Assembly (NCBI GenBank): GCA_964647585.1
Contig: CAZYGG010000008.1
Coordinates: 2,643 to 66,642 of the forward strand
Origin: an uncultured Desulfobacterales bacterium
GTDB lineage: Bacteria; Desulfobacterota; Desulfobacteria; Desulfobacterales; CAJINA01
DNA length: 64,000 nucleotides
Direction of reading: 5' to 3'
The notes beneath the pieces were generated by a model. That model did no database searches and was not told where the DNA came from. It was given only the letters and a program-made list of their open reading frames with translations. The translations under genes were made by a program, and so were the position numbers. This document shows, one piece after another, positions 1 to 9,615 of the stretch (the first letter of the stretch is position 1; each line of letters opens with the position of its first letter).

Positions 1-677
1 CCCTGTGAATAGAACAGGCAGTAGGCATGGTGATCGGTATAGGGGCGCTCGGTGGGGGGAATGGCCAGCCGGGCTATCACCGACCCGATGCGTATGGCTT
101 TTCCCACGGAAGTGATGAGGCCGTCACACAGCCCAAAAGTGCCGAGCCCGGCCGCATAGGCGGCGTGTCTTTCCGACCAGTTGGAACAGGGGGCCCAGGG
201 ACCCTGGTCGCTCCGGCTCCAGAATTCCGACAACATGGGCGCAACCGCCGGGATGCCCGCTGCAGCAAGTGTTGCCACCACGTGGCGCCGCAGGGCCTCG
301 TTGAACAGTTCGCCATGGTGCCGAACCCGGACCCAGCGTTCACACGGCCGTTTGTCCATGGTCGCCTGGTCCCGGCGGGTGGCAACGGTGGAGGGCAGGA
401 CCCAGCTGATCACGGTGAGCTCTTCCGGGGCAAAGGGGGCTTCATCCGGGAATGTCTTTTTAAAAAAATCAATTGGTTGCAGGTAGAAATCACCGATGTG
501 CGCCACGTATTCAGCGTACAGCGGGTCAGCGCCGCTGGAAAAACCCACCAGGGGCCGGTCAAAGGCTTTTTCATCCGATGCCCCTTTTAGAGCATTCTCC
601 TCGGAAGTAGCCACAAACGTCCTGATAACATCCGCGAGCCAACCAGCCGAGTCCGCCGGTATCTTTTGTTCCACCAC
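1..677 (-). CDS. Epoxyqueuosine reductase (QueG)-like Fe-S protein, truncated by the window edge
   Basis: Not in ORF track. Manual translation from GTG at 677 is open to the edge: MVEQKIPADS...SNWSERHAAYAAGLGTFGLCDGLIT...HAYCLFYSQ, a QueG/reductive-dehalogenase-like motif. Confidence 0.7.
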   Translation of the reverse strand, partial: MVEQKIPADSAGWLADVIRTFVATSEENALKGASDEKAFDRPLVGFSSGADPLYAEYVAHIGDFYLQPIDFFKKTFPDEAPFAPEELTVISWVLPSTVATRRDQATMDKRPCERWVRVRHHGELFNEALRRHVVATLAAAGIPAVAPMLSEFWSRSDQGPWAPCSNWSERHAAYAAGLGTFGLCDGLITSVGKAIRIGSVIARLAIPPTERPYTDHHAYCLFYSQ

Positions 678-792
678 TGTGCCCCCCTTTATCCCGAAAA
701 CTTCATGAAATATTCAGGTTATGAAAGACCTGTCCTGAAAACCTGCAAGTATTGCTCCCTTTTCGCACATGGTTTGCCTGCATACAACTAAA

Positions 793-948
793 TAGTGTCC
801 ATCCAGAAATTCAAGGTTTCAGGATGGAGCTACTGGCTCTTAGCGGTTAGCAATCAGGTAATATCTTGTATTTTAACGATTTATCTAAAAGCTAAGGGCT
901 AAAAGCGAACACCTTCCATCCATGATTTCCAATCATGGATGGACACTA
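793..948. mobile_element. MITE-like element family A, copy 1
   Basis: Terminal inverted repeats TAGTGTCCATCCA / TGGATGGACACTA; similar copy at 1102-1258; no coding capacity. Confidence 0.75.
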
Positions 949-1101
949 AATAATTGGCCGCCCTTGTTCCTGTTTTTCTCTGTGAGTCTTAAAAGGGACA
1001 GGTTCAAATCGGAATTGTTCGTAGCCGCAGGATATTGAGTTGACGGTATCCCCCAAAGGGTATACTTTCCCCTTTCGTGTCCGCCCGCTGCACTTGATAA
1101 A

Positions 1102-1258
1102 TAGTCCCCATCCATAAATCCAAGATTTCAGGATGGAGCTATTCGCCGTTAGCGGTTAGCAATTAGGTAATACCTTGTAGTTTAAAAGTTTTACCTGAAA
1201 CCTAATGGCTAAAAGCGAACACCTTTCATCTGTGATTTCCAATCATGGATGGACACTA
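1102..1258. mobile_element. MITE-like element family A, copy 2
   Basis: TAGTCCCCATCCA...TGGATGGACACTA; aligns along its length with 793-948. Confidence 0.75.
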
Positions 1259-1281
1259 AATATTCGAGAATTGCGCGACCT

Positions 1282-2013
1282 ATGCCAGACGATCATAAAA
1301 CAGCTCCCTTTCCGGGGGTCGCCCTGCCCCCGCTCATTCCCGGCCGGCTTGTAAAACGCTATAAACGTTTTCTGGCGGATGTTGTCCTCGACGACGGCCG
1401 TGAGGTAACCGCCCATTGCCCCAATTCAGGTCGCATGATTGCCTGCAGCGACCCGGGAAGTCCGGTTTTCCTGTCGTATCACGACAATCCCAAACGAAAA
1501 CTCAAATACACGTGGGAATTGATCAAAATGCCCGCATCCCTGGTGGGGGTCAACACCCTTTTGCCCAATCGCCTTGTGGCCCACGCCATTGAAAACAAGA
1601 TGGTGAGTGAACTGAGTGGGTACACCGACATCCAGCGAGAGGTAAAGGTAGGCGACCACTCGCGCCTGGACATCCGGTTGCGTTCCCGGGAAAAAGGCAC
1701 CTGCTATGTCGAAGTCAAAAATTGCACCCTGGTGGAAGACGGCCTGGCCCGGTTTCCGGACGCGGTCACCGCGCGCGGGCGCAAACACCTCGTCGAACTC
1801 GGCCGACTGGTGGGGGAAGGTCACCGGGCCGTCATGTTTTTCCTTATCCAGCGAATGGACGCGACGCTTTTTCAGCCGGCCGATGATATTGATCCCGAGT
1901 ACGGCCGTGAACTCAGAAAGGCCCATGCCGCGGGAGTGGAAATCATGGCCTATGACGTTAAAATCGACCTTGCCGCGATAACCCTGAACCGACCCCTGAA
2001 ATTCAAAATTTGA
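1282..2013 (+). CDS. sfsA: DNA/RNA nuclease SfsA (sugar fermentation stimulation protein)
   Basis: RYKRFLADV, AHCPNSGRM, YVEVKNCTL, FPDAVTARGRKHL motifs. Track start 1249 lies inside the MITE end, so ATG 1282 preferred. Confidence 0.9.
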   Translation: MPDDHKTAPFPGVALPPLIPGRLVKRYKRFLADVVLDDGREVTAHCPNSGRMIACSDPGSPVFLSYHDNPKRKLKYTWELIKMPASLVGVNTLLPNRLVAHAIENKMVSELSGYTDIQREVKVGDHSRLDIRLRSREKGTCYVEVKNCTLVEDGLARFPDAVTARGRKHLVELGRLVGEGHRAVMFFLIQRMDATLFQPADDIDPEYGRELRKAHAAGVEIMAYDVKIDLAAITLNRPLKFKI

Positions 2014-2088
2014 CTTTGAAATCAGATTGATATATTTAACTGAAATCTTTTGGCACGCGTACTTTTCGCATTTATTATCCGGGAATAG

Positions 2089-3441
2089 ATGAAAACCAAG
2101 ATCGCTGAAAAACTGAACAGAATTTCCGAATGCCCTGAAAACCTCACCAGGATTCTGGACAATCTCCAGGAAGGCATCATCGCGCATGACCTGGACCGCA
2201 ATATCTTTTTTTTCAACAGAACCGCTGAAATCATTACCGGTTACTCACGGGATGACGTCATAGCTCGGGACTGCCACCAGGCTTTCAGCGCCCCTTTTTG
2301 CAGCGGCGAGTGCCAATTTTGCGGAGATGCCGCCCCCCCCCCGGATACATCCAAAAAGGCCCTGACCATTACCACCAAGTCCGGTGAACAGCGCCGCATC
2401 GAGATGACCATCACCATGATGCGTGATGAGGACCAAGAACCTTTCGGGGTGCTGGCCGCTTTCAAAGACCTCACCGACCTCATCAACCTGCAGATAAAAT
2501 CCGGGGATATTCGCAGCTTCTCAAATATCATCGGCCAGGATATAAAAATGCTGCAGGTATTCCAGCAAATTAAAGATGTCGCGGCCTATGACTACCCCGT
2601 ACACGTTTACGGGCAAACCGGAACCGGTAAGGAACTGGTTGCTTCCGCGATTCACAATGAAAGCCCGCGCTCGGGCGAACCTTTTGTCCCCATAAACTGC
2701 GGTGCCTTGCCGGAAAGCCTGATCGAAAGCGAACTGTTCGGTCACGTAAAAGGGTCCTTTTCCGGGGCCATCCGTGACAAGAAGGGCCGTTTCGAACTGG
2801 CCGACAAAGGAACCATCTTCCTGGATGAAGTCGCCGAACTTTCCAAACTGATGCAGGTGAAGCTGCTGCGTTTTTTACAGGACGGTACCTTCGAAAGGGT
2901 GGGCGGCGAAAGGACCCAAAAAGTGGATGTCCGGGTGATCAGCGCCACCAACAAGGACCTGATGCAGGAGATCCAGGTGGAAAGATTCCGTGAAGACCTT
3001 TACTACCGGCTCAATGTTATCCCGGTCAACCTGCCGCCCCTGCAGGAACGCCGCACGGATATTCCCCTGCTGGTATCCCACTTTCTGAAAGAGGCCGGTC
3101 GACGCAACAGCAGCCCGGTGCCCACCATTACCGATGAGGCCCTGGGCGCTCTGATGGATTATGAGTGGCCGGGCAACGTTCGCGAACTGCAAAACGCGGT
3201 TCAGTTCGCGATTGTCAAAAGTACCCGGGATATCATTAAAAAGGGGGATCTGCCGCCGGAGATTTCCCGCCTCAGATCCGGTGACATGCCAACCCAGAGC
3301 CGCTCCGGCAAACTGGACATCGAAGCCGTCCAGACGGCCTTGAAAACCACCGGGGGCAACAAGGCCAAGGCCGCCAAACTACTCGGTGTCGGCCGGGCCA
3401 CGCTGTATCGGTTTTTAGGGGCCCACGAAGATGTATTTTAA
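2089..3441 (+). CDS. Sigma54-dependent enhancer-binding protein with Cys-rich PAS domain (OrpR-like)
   Basis: PAS domain with C-X8-C-X3-C-X2-C; Walker A GQTGTGKE; ESELFGHVKGSFSGA; FLDEV; WPGNVRELQN; C-terminal Fis-type HTH. Confidence 0.9.
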   Translation: MKTKIAEKLNRISECPENLTRILDNLQEGIIAHDLDRNIFFFNRTAEIITGYSRDDVIARDCHQAFSAPFCSGECQFCGDAAPPPDTSKKALTITTKSGEQRRIEMTITMMRDEDQEPFGVLAAFKDLTDLINLQIKSGDIRSFSNIIGQDIKMLQVFQQIKDVAAYDYPVHVYGQTGTGKELVASAIHNESPRSGEPFVPINCGALPESLIESELFGHVKGSFSGAIRDKKGRFELADKGTIFLDEVAELSKLMQVKLLRFLQDGTFERVGGERTQKVDVRVISATNKDLMQEIQVERFREDLYYRLNVIPVNLPPLQERRTDIPLLVSHFLKEAGRRNSSPVPTITDEALGALMDYEWPGNVRELQNAVQFAIVKSTRDIIKKGDLPPEISRLRSGDMPTQSRSGKLDIEAVQTALKTTGGNKAKAAKLLGVGRATLYRFLGAHEDVF

Positions 3442-3500
3442 CTGACTTGAGGGGCCGAGGGGTCAAGGATTCAAGGGGCCAAAGGTAAAACATAAAAATA

Positions 3501-3538
3501 TAAAAGCCACCCCGGAATTATTTCCGGGATGGCTTTTA
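3501..3538. terminator. Bidirectional intrinsic terminator
   Basis: TAAAAGCCACCCCGGAA / TTCCGGGATGGCTTTTA hairpin between convergent genes. Confidence 0.7.
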
Positions 3539-3583
3539 CGGTTTTGGGGTTGGATTCAAGTTTTTCAACCTTGAACCCTGATT

Positions 3584-5554
3584 TTAAGCCGCATCAATCT
3601 CTCTTCTGGCGGCCATGTCGGTGAGCACGCGCTCACGGGCCTTATCGATGCCGAGTTCCTGCCGCTTCTTGTCGATATGGGCAATCATCAAACGGGCCAT
3701 CTCGTAAGGATCAGGCGCAAAGCCCCATTTCCCAAAACCCATCTCCTCAAGGCCCCCAAACAGCAGGTTGTGGAATTTGGTGTCCTCAATGGTCGGAAAG
3801 GTCACCCCGAAAATGGTGTAAACACCGGACGCAACGAAATACTGGCCAATGGCTATCGCCTTTTCACTCATCCACTCGGGGGCCGCTCCGGCCGCGGGCA
3901 GATCGGCGATGCTTTCGCCCAGGCCACCCATTTTCACCATCTCGGTAGCTGCCAGTAAAATGCGGCTGTTATCCACACAGGCCCCCAGCCCCAGAACAGG
4001 CGGCATGCCAACCGTCTCGCACACTTCACTCAACCCGGGCCCGGCCAGAACCGCGGCCTCCGGCGAGGTCAGCCCGGCTTTGGCCAGAGCAATCTGGGAA
4101 CAGCCGGTCTGCAGGACCAGCACGTCATTTTTAATCAGCTCTTTTACAAGTTCGACATGTACCCAGTCCTGTTTGACCCGCGGGTTGGTACAGCCCACAA
4201 CCCCGGCCACACCTCGGATACGACCATTGATGACGTTATCATTCAGCGGTGCGTAAGAGCCGCGGAAAGAGCCACCCAGCATGTAATCGATGTAATCATG
4301 CGAGAAGCCATGCACCCCGGTGTTGACAATCTGTGGAATTTCAACCGGCATGGTCCGATTTTTAAACCGGCTGATGGCGCGAATAACGACATCATCCGTG
4401 CAGGCTTTTGGATCGTGTTCATCAAATTCAAGGTGGGTAGCGCCTTCAATTTTACACCTGGGATTGGTGGTAAACATCGGCGTGTTATAGCAACCGGCCA
4501 CTTTGGCCAGGCCCTGTTTGATGCACTGGATATCAACGGTAAACGCATCAACCGCTCCGGTCACCAGCACCGCTTCAGTTGACATGAAGTTACCGGCATG
4601 CGGAATACCATGGCGGACCATCATCTCTGCGCCGGAACAGCACATGCCTACCAGGTTAAGTCCCTGGGCGCCGGCATCTTTGGCCGCCTGGATCAGCGAA
4701 GGCTCATTTACCGACGCAATCATAGACTCAAACAGGTTGGGTTCATGGCCATGGACAATAATATTGACCTGGTCCTCTTTCAACACCCCCATATTGACTT
4801 CAACCGAGACGGGTACCGGGGTTCCAAAGAGAATGTCGGATATTTCCGTCGCAACCATCGATCCGCCCCACCCGTCGGCCAATGCCGTCCGGCTGCACTG
4901 CTGGACAATATTGTTGTAGTCCTGGTCCACGCCCATATGCGTGCGGTTCATCATCTCCATAATTTCGCGCATGGCTCCCCGAGGGACCAGGTCATGTTTA
5001 CGCCAAAGCTCCAGGGTTTTTTCAGGTGCCCGGCGGGCCAGGGGAATTTCACCTTCTACCTGGGTATAGGTTTTCTCCAGTTCATCACAGACAGCCAGGG
5101 CAATCTCCTGGACGCTCTTGCCCTCCATATCAATGCCCATATCGGCCGCCGTCCGCTCAAGCTTGCGCGGGTTGCGGATGGTATACTCCTTGATGTGCCC
5201 CTCGGCCACTTCCCTGAAGAGCGCCAGCATGGCCATACCATGGTCTGTATGGGAAGATGTGCCGGTGGCCACCATTCTGCCAAAGTTGCGGGCCTGGATC
5301 GTATCGATGGTCGCACCGCAAACGCCAACCTTGCCATACGGGTCTCTGGCATTGAGGCGACAGGGCCCCATGGCGCAATGCTTACAGCAGGCTGAATCCC
5401 TACCAATGGGACAGGCTTTCATATTCAGCGCCCGGTCAAAGGTTGTTTCCACACCGTCGCGCCTGGCTTTTTCAAGCATCTGCTCGGTTGCTTCACAGCT
5501 GGTCAGGGTTTTAAGATCTACTTCCTTCTTGGAAGCTTTTTTATCGATGGCCAT
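3584..5554 (-). CDS. cooS: Anaerobic Ni-Fe carbon monoxide dehydrogenase catalytic subunit
   Basis: CPIG..CCKHCAMGPC (D/B clusters), HGHEP, GMCCSG, DIQC, VVGCTN, TGCS, GACVDN, MSEKA motifs. Confidence 0.95.
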   Translation of the reverse strand: MAIDKKASKKEVDLKTLTSCEATEQMLEKARRDGVETTFDRALNMKACPIGRDSACCKHCAMGPCRLNARDPYGKVGVCGATIDTIQARNFGRMVATGTSSHTDHGMAMLALFREVAEGHIKEYTIRNPRKLERTAADMGIDMEGKSVQEIALAVCDELEKTYTQVEGEIPLARRAPEKTLELWRKHDLVPRGAMREIMEMMNRTHMGVDQDYNNIVQQCSRTALADGWGGSMVATEISDILFGTPVPVSVEVNMGVLKEDQVNIIVHGHEPNLFESMIASVNEPSLIQAAKDAGAQGLNLVGMCCSGAEMMVRHGIPHAGNFMSTEAVLVTGAVDAFTVDIQCIKQGLAKVAGCYNTPMFTTNPRCKIEGATHLEFDEHDPKACTDDVVIRAISRFKNRTMPVEIPQIVNTGVHGFSHDYIDYMLGGSFRGSYAPLNDNVINGRIRGVAGVVGCTNPRVKQDWVHVELVKELIKNDVLVLQTGCSQIALAKAGLTSPEAAVLAGPGLSEVCETVGMPPVLGLGACVDNSRILLAATEMVKMGGLGESIADLPAAGAAPEWMSEKAIAIGQYFVASGVYTIFGVTFPTIEDTKFHNLLFGGLEEMGFGKWGFAPDPYEMARLMIAHIDKKRQELGIDKARERVLTDMAARREIDAA

Positions 5555-5692
5555 AGTGGTTCCTCCGTGGGATTGTGGGATTTAGGTGACGGCAGCCGGT
5601 TATATTCCAATGGGTACCAACTTGTACGAGAGCGTCCGGTCAAATCGACCGCCAGGTTAGCGGCGGGTATTTCAATTGCCGCTTGAAATTTT

Positions 5693-5711
5693 ATTAGTAA
5701 TAGTTACTATT
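5693..5711. promoter_or_regulatory. Putative PerR/Fur-family operator
   Basis: 19-bp palindrome ATTAGTAATAGTTACTATT in the divergent cooS/glutaredoxin spacer; resembles the Desulfovibrio PerR box as recalled. Confidence 0.55.
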
Positions 5712-5719
5712 AAGACCAA

Positions 5720-5738
5720 CCTGACCGATCTTGTCAAG
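5720..5738. promoter_or_regulatory. Rrf2/IscR-like palindrome overlapping a minus-strand TTGACA -35 for cooS
   Basis: CCTGAC-CGATCTT-GTCAAG (YYGAC-N7-GTCRR). Confidence 0.4.
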
Positions 5739-6080
5739 ATAAAATGCCCCAACCGGCCCTTTTTTCACTGCCGGGGCGTGAATACTCGGGGAAAACAGGC
5801 CAAAAATGCAGAAATCGAACTCGATATCAGACAGATAGGCCGGTCATGCTGTCAGTTTGCAGTTGAATGGATCGGGCCCATTACCCCGCCGGCCCTCTCC
5901 AATCTGGCGATTACACGGCCATATCCATAAAATCACTTCATTTTATAAGACCGGGATGATACAGATTGTGAGCATGCTGCGGTTTCTTATACCAAACCCG
6001 GTGCACAACATTGACAGGCGCAGGATTGGTTTCCATTATAACCGGGTGACCGTTTGCGCAATATTTGAAAGGATAACGCC

Positions 6081-6335
6081 ATGACCGAAAAAGAAATAAA
6101 AATATTCTCGCTGAGTACCTGCAGCCACTGCAAATCAACCAAAAAACTCCTTTCCGACTGCACGGTTAAATATGATTTTGTAGATGTGGATCTGCTGGAA
6201 GGCGATGAACGCAAAGCAATCCTGGAAGATGTAAAAAAATTCAACCCCAAGTGTTCTTTTCCCACTGTTATCATAGGTGAAACAGTTATTGTCGGCTATA
6301 AGGAAGAAAAAATAAAGGAGGCGCTGGGACTCTGA
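6081..6335 (+). CDS. Glutaredoxin/NrdH-like protein
   Basis: CSHC active site, SFPTVII cis-Pro motif. Confidence 0.9.
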   Translation: MTEKEIKIFSLSTCSHCKSTKKLLSDCTVKYDFVDVDLLEGDERKAILEDVKKFNPKCSFPTVIIGETVIVGYKEEKIKEALGL

Positions 6336-6664
6336 TGGATGCAGAGACTCTTTTCGAAAAGCTGAGAAAGGTGCAGGAAGCGAAGGGTTACTATTTCAAT
6401 ACGGAAAAAGAACGGGTCATGGACCTGCTTGAAGCCCTGATCACCAACAAGGACCGCTACGGGTACATGGCCTGCCCCTGCCGCCTGGCGGCAGGCGACC
6501 GCGAAAAGGACAAGGACATTATCTGTCCCTGTGACTACCGCGAACCCGATGTACAAGAATACGGGAGCTGCTACTGCAATCTCTATGTTTCCGAAGCATG
6601 GAATGCGGGCAGCGTCAAGAAAGAGTATGTGCCGGAAAGGCGGCCGCCGGAAAAAATGTTCTAA
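6335..6664 (+). CDS. Ferredoxin-thioredoxin reductase catalytic subunit
   Basis: CPC...CPC...CYC motifs; stop/start overlap with the glutaredoxin gene. Confidence 0.9.
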   Translation: MDAETLFEKLRKVQEAKGYYFNTEKERVMDLLEALITNKDRYGYMACPCRLAAGDREKDKDIICPCDYREPDVQEYGSCYCNLYVSEAWNAGSVKKEYVPERRPPEKMF

Positions 6665-6669
6665 CAGAA

Positions 6670-6822
6670 GGATTCGAGGATTCAAGGGGTCAAGGGTTTT
6701 CAAGATCAGCACTCAACTTTCAGATGCCGCTCCCCCAACTTCAAAGAACCTAATTCGTGATGAAACCCAAAAGCTGTATTAGCATTTCACTCGGCCCCTC
6801 GAATCCTTGACCCCTTGAACCC
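6670..6822. repeat. Inverted arrays of degenerate 8-mers (GGATTCRA/GGGGTCAA)
   Basis: GGATTCGAGGATTCAAGGGGTCAAGGG and reverse-complement array ending 6822; related units at about 3447-3480 and 3550-3580. Confidence 0.6.
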
Positions 6823-6890
6823 TTCCCTTCAGATAACTTAACACTTAAAACATAACACCTAAAACCGATGAATGCGCCCCGCCGCATTCA

Positions 6891-8114
6891 TCAAAACTTA
6901 TCATACGCAATCATCTCCGGTTCGACCCCCAGGTCATCCAGCATCTTTTCCACAGCGTCCACCATCATCGGCGGTCCGCAGAGGTAGTATTCTACCTCGG
7001 TGGGGTCTTCATGCCGATCCAGGTAGTTCTCCAGCAGACATTCATGGATGTAGCCGATCAGGCCGGACCAGTTGTCTTCCGGCTCGGGTTGCGATAGGGC
7101 CACGTAGTAGCTGAAGTTTTCATACTTCGCTTCCAGCCGCTTGAACTCTTCTTCGAAAAACAGCTCCTGGATCGAGCGGGCCCCGTACCAGAACGAGATT
7201 TTCCTGTGTGTATGCACCGTCTCCAGCTGGTTGAAAATGTGCGACCGCAAGGGGGCCATACCGGCCCCACCGCCGATAAAACACATCTCCCGGTCGGTCT
7301 CCTTGGTAAAAAATTCACCGTAAGGTCCGCTGAGCGCTACCCGGTCCCCCTCTTGCAAATTGAATATAAATGAGGACCCGGCGCCGGGGGGGGCGGCGGC
7401 TTTGCCCGGCGGCGGCGTTGCGATCCGGATGGTAAAACTCAACCGCCGGTCCTCGGAGGGTGGATTGGCCAGTGAATAGGCCCTGAAAATGGGCTCCTCG
7501 ATCTTGCTTTTCAAACCCCACAGGTTAAAGCGGTCCCAGGAGGGCCGGAAACGTTCACCGATCCTGACCCGGAACTGCCCAAAGGAAAGTTCATATTCGG
7601 GAATGTCAATCTGGATATAGGCCCCGGCTTTGAAGTCAAGCCGTTCGCCCTCATCCAGTTCAAGCACCAGTTGTTTGATAAAGGTGGCCACGTTCACGTT
7701 GGAAACGACGGTGGCACCATACTTCTTGACGCTGAATATTTCATCCGGTATGCGGATCTCCAGATCATCCTTGACCTTCAACTGACAGGCCAGGTGAATA
7801 TTCGCTTTCTTCTCTTTCCGGGAAAGGTGCGCCAGTTCGGTGGGAATGAAGCCCTCGACCCCCGCCGTCACCTTGCACTTGCACATCCCGCACGACCCGC
7901 CGCCCCCGCAGGCCGAAGGGATGAAAATACCGTTGCTGGCCAGCGAGGCCAGCAGGGTTGTCCCAATGGGGGTATCGATGCTTTTTTCAGCATCCGCGTT
8001 GATGACGATCCGGCTGTCGCCCTTTTTTACAACCTTCGCCTCTACAAACAGACAGATCCCCACGAGGATCAAAATGAGGGCTGTAAATATCGTCATGCTA
8101 ATAAGATAGGTCAC
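6891..8114 (-). CDS. nqrF: Na+-translocating NADH:quinone reductase subunit F
   Basis: N-terminal TM helix, CGGGGSCGMC 2Fe-2S motif, RAYSLAN, GGGAGMAP, YLCGPPMM. Confidence 0.95.
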   Translation of the reverse strand: MTYLISMTIFTALILILVGICLFVEAKVVKKGDSRIVINADAEKSIDTPIGTTLLASLASNGIFIPSACGGGGSCGMCKCKVTAGVEGFIPTELAHLSRKEKKANIHLACQLKVKDDLEIRIPDEIFSVKKYGATVVSNVNVATFIKQLVLELDEGERLDFKAGAYIQIDIPEYELSFGQFRVRIGERFRPSWDRFNLWGLKSKIEEPIFRAYSLANPPSEDRRLSFTIRIATPPPGKAAAPPGAGSSFIFNLQEGDRVALSGPYGEFFTKETDREMCFIGGGAGMAPLRSHIFNQLETVHTHRKISFWYGARSIQELFFEEEFKRLEAKYENFSYYVALSQPEPEDNWSGLIGYIHECLLENYLDRHEDPTEVEYYLCGPPMMVDAVEKMLDDLGVEPEMIAYDKF

Positions 8115-8151
8115 TGTCTACTCCCAATCCTTGAAGTGGTTTCAAAGCCTT

Positions 8152-8760
8152 CTACAAGGTTATTCCGGAAAAAAGCATAAACCCCATGGCCATCAATCCG
8201 GTGACGATCATGGCAATACCGAAACCTTCCAGGCCCTTCGGAATGTCGGCATACCGCAGCTTGGTCCGAATGGCGGCCATGGACACGATGGCCATCAGCC
8301 AGCCGGTTCCCGAACCAACCCCGAATACCACGGACTCCAGGAAGGTGTAATTCCTCTCGATCATGAACAACGAGGTTCCCAGAATGGCACAGTTTACGGT
8401 GATCAAAGGCAAGAACACACCCAGCGCGTTGTAGAGCCCCGGTGAATAACGATCCATCACCATCTCAACCCCCTGGACCATGGCCGCGATAACCGCGATA
8501 AAGGTGATGAATTTCAAAAAACTCAGATCGACCTCGGGCAGCCCCGCCCAGGCCAGGGCGCCCGGCGCCAGGAGGTAGTGAAATACCAGCCAGTTCACCG
8601 GAGCGGTAATGGAAAGCACGAACACCACGGCAAAACCTAGACCGATGGAAGTCTCCATGTTGCGGGAGACGGCCACGAAAGAACACATCCCCAGAAAATA
8701 CGCCAGGAGGATGTTCCCGATGAATACCGAATTCAGAAATATGCTGACGAGGTTTTCCAT
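8152..8760 (-). CDS. nqrE: Na+-NQR subunit E
   Basis: [20 protein letters not shown] motifs. Confidence 0.95.
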   Translation of the reverse strand: MENLVSIFLNSVFIGNILLAYFLGMCSFVAVSRNMETSIGLGFAVVFVLSITAPVNWLVFHYLLAPGALAWAGLPEVDLSFLKFITFIAVIAAMVQGVEMVMDRYSPGLYNALGVFLPLITVNCAILGTSLFMIERNYTFLESVVFGVGSGTGWLMAIVSMAAIRTKLRYADIPKGLEGFGIAMIVTGLMAMGFMLFSGITL

Positions 8761-8788
8761 TTAATGCTCCGCGTATGCTTCGCAAGCT

Positions 8789-8997
8789 AAAAGGTTGAAG
8801 ACTAAAGGCTGAAGGTTAGGGCCTAACTTCCGTTTTCAGTCCAATCGGTAACGGTATCCAAATCGAAATCGGTATCAGGGCAACCGAGAATCGCTTTTCG
8901 ATAGCGATTTCGATTTCGATCCCGATCTTGCCCATGGTTCTATCAAACAATCCGCGAACCAAGTTAAGGTTTTACTTCAGTCTTCAACCTGACAACC
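8789..8997. repeat. Nested intergenic short-unit repeats
   Basis: AGGCTGAAG-type units outside and ATCGAAATC / GATTTCGAT hexamer arrays inside, between nqrD and nqrE. Confidence 0.5.
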
Positions 8998-9615
8998 TTA
9001 TTCTTTTACCAATGACTTCTGCAGCCAGACCAGTAATCCGATGATAATGAAAGCCGCCGGCGCCAACAGCATGAATCCCATATCCTGATACCCGGCCCGG
9101 TAGAGCGCCTCCGGTACCACCTGAAAGCCGAACAGGCTGCCGGACCCCAGAAGTTCACGAATAAAGGCAACCGCGATCAGGACAATGCTGTACCCGGCGC
9201 CGCTGCCCAGACCGTCCAGAAACGAGACCCACGGCGGATTGCCCAGTGCAAACGTTTCGGCGCGCCCCATGACAATGCAATTGGTAATGATGAGACCCAC
9301 AAAGACGGAAAGCTGCTTGCTGATATCATATAAAAACGCCTTGAGAAGCTCATCCGCCAGGATGACCAGAGAGGCGATCACGATCAGTTCCACGATCATC
9401 CGGATATTCCGGGGCACCACGTTTCTCAAAGTGGAGATAATCAGGTTGGAAAAGGCTACCACCAGGGTCATGGCCAGGCCCATCACGACGGCCGTTTTCA
9501 GCTGCACAGTAACTGCCAGGGCCGAACAGATGCCCAGAGACTGAATGAAGACCGGATTGTTCTTAACAAGCGGCTCCGATAAGGCTTTGAACTCTTTGGT
9601 TGCGGTCAATTTCAT
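8998..9615 (-). CDS. nqrD: Na+-NQR subunit D
   Basis: LGICSALAVT, VGLIITNCIVMGRAE motifs. Confidence 0.95.
   Translation of the reverse strand: MKLTATKEFKALSEPLVKNNPVFIQSLGICSALAVTVQLKTAVVMGLAMTLVVAFSNLIISTLRNVVPRNIRMIVELIVIASLVILADELLKAFLYDISKQLSVFVGLIITNCIVMGRAETFALGNPPWVSFLDGLGSGAGYSIVLIAVAFIRELLGSGSLFGFQVVPEALYRAGYQDMGFMLLAPAAFIIIGLLVWLQKSLVKE

Noticed and set aside
27-590. 187-aa plus-strand ORF and other long antisense ORFs in the track
   Set aside because: Shadow frames of well-supported genes on the opposite strand
1249-1281. Longer sfsA N-terminus
   Set aside because: The ATG lies within the MITE terminal repeat
2051-2070. TGGCACG upstream of the activator gene as a sigma54 promoter
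   Set aside because: No TTGC at the required spacing
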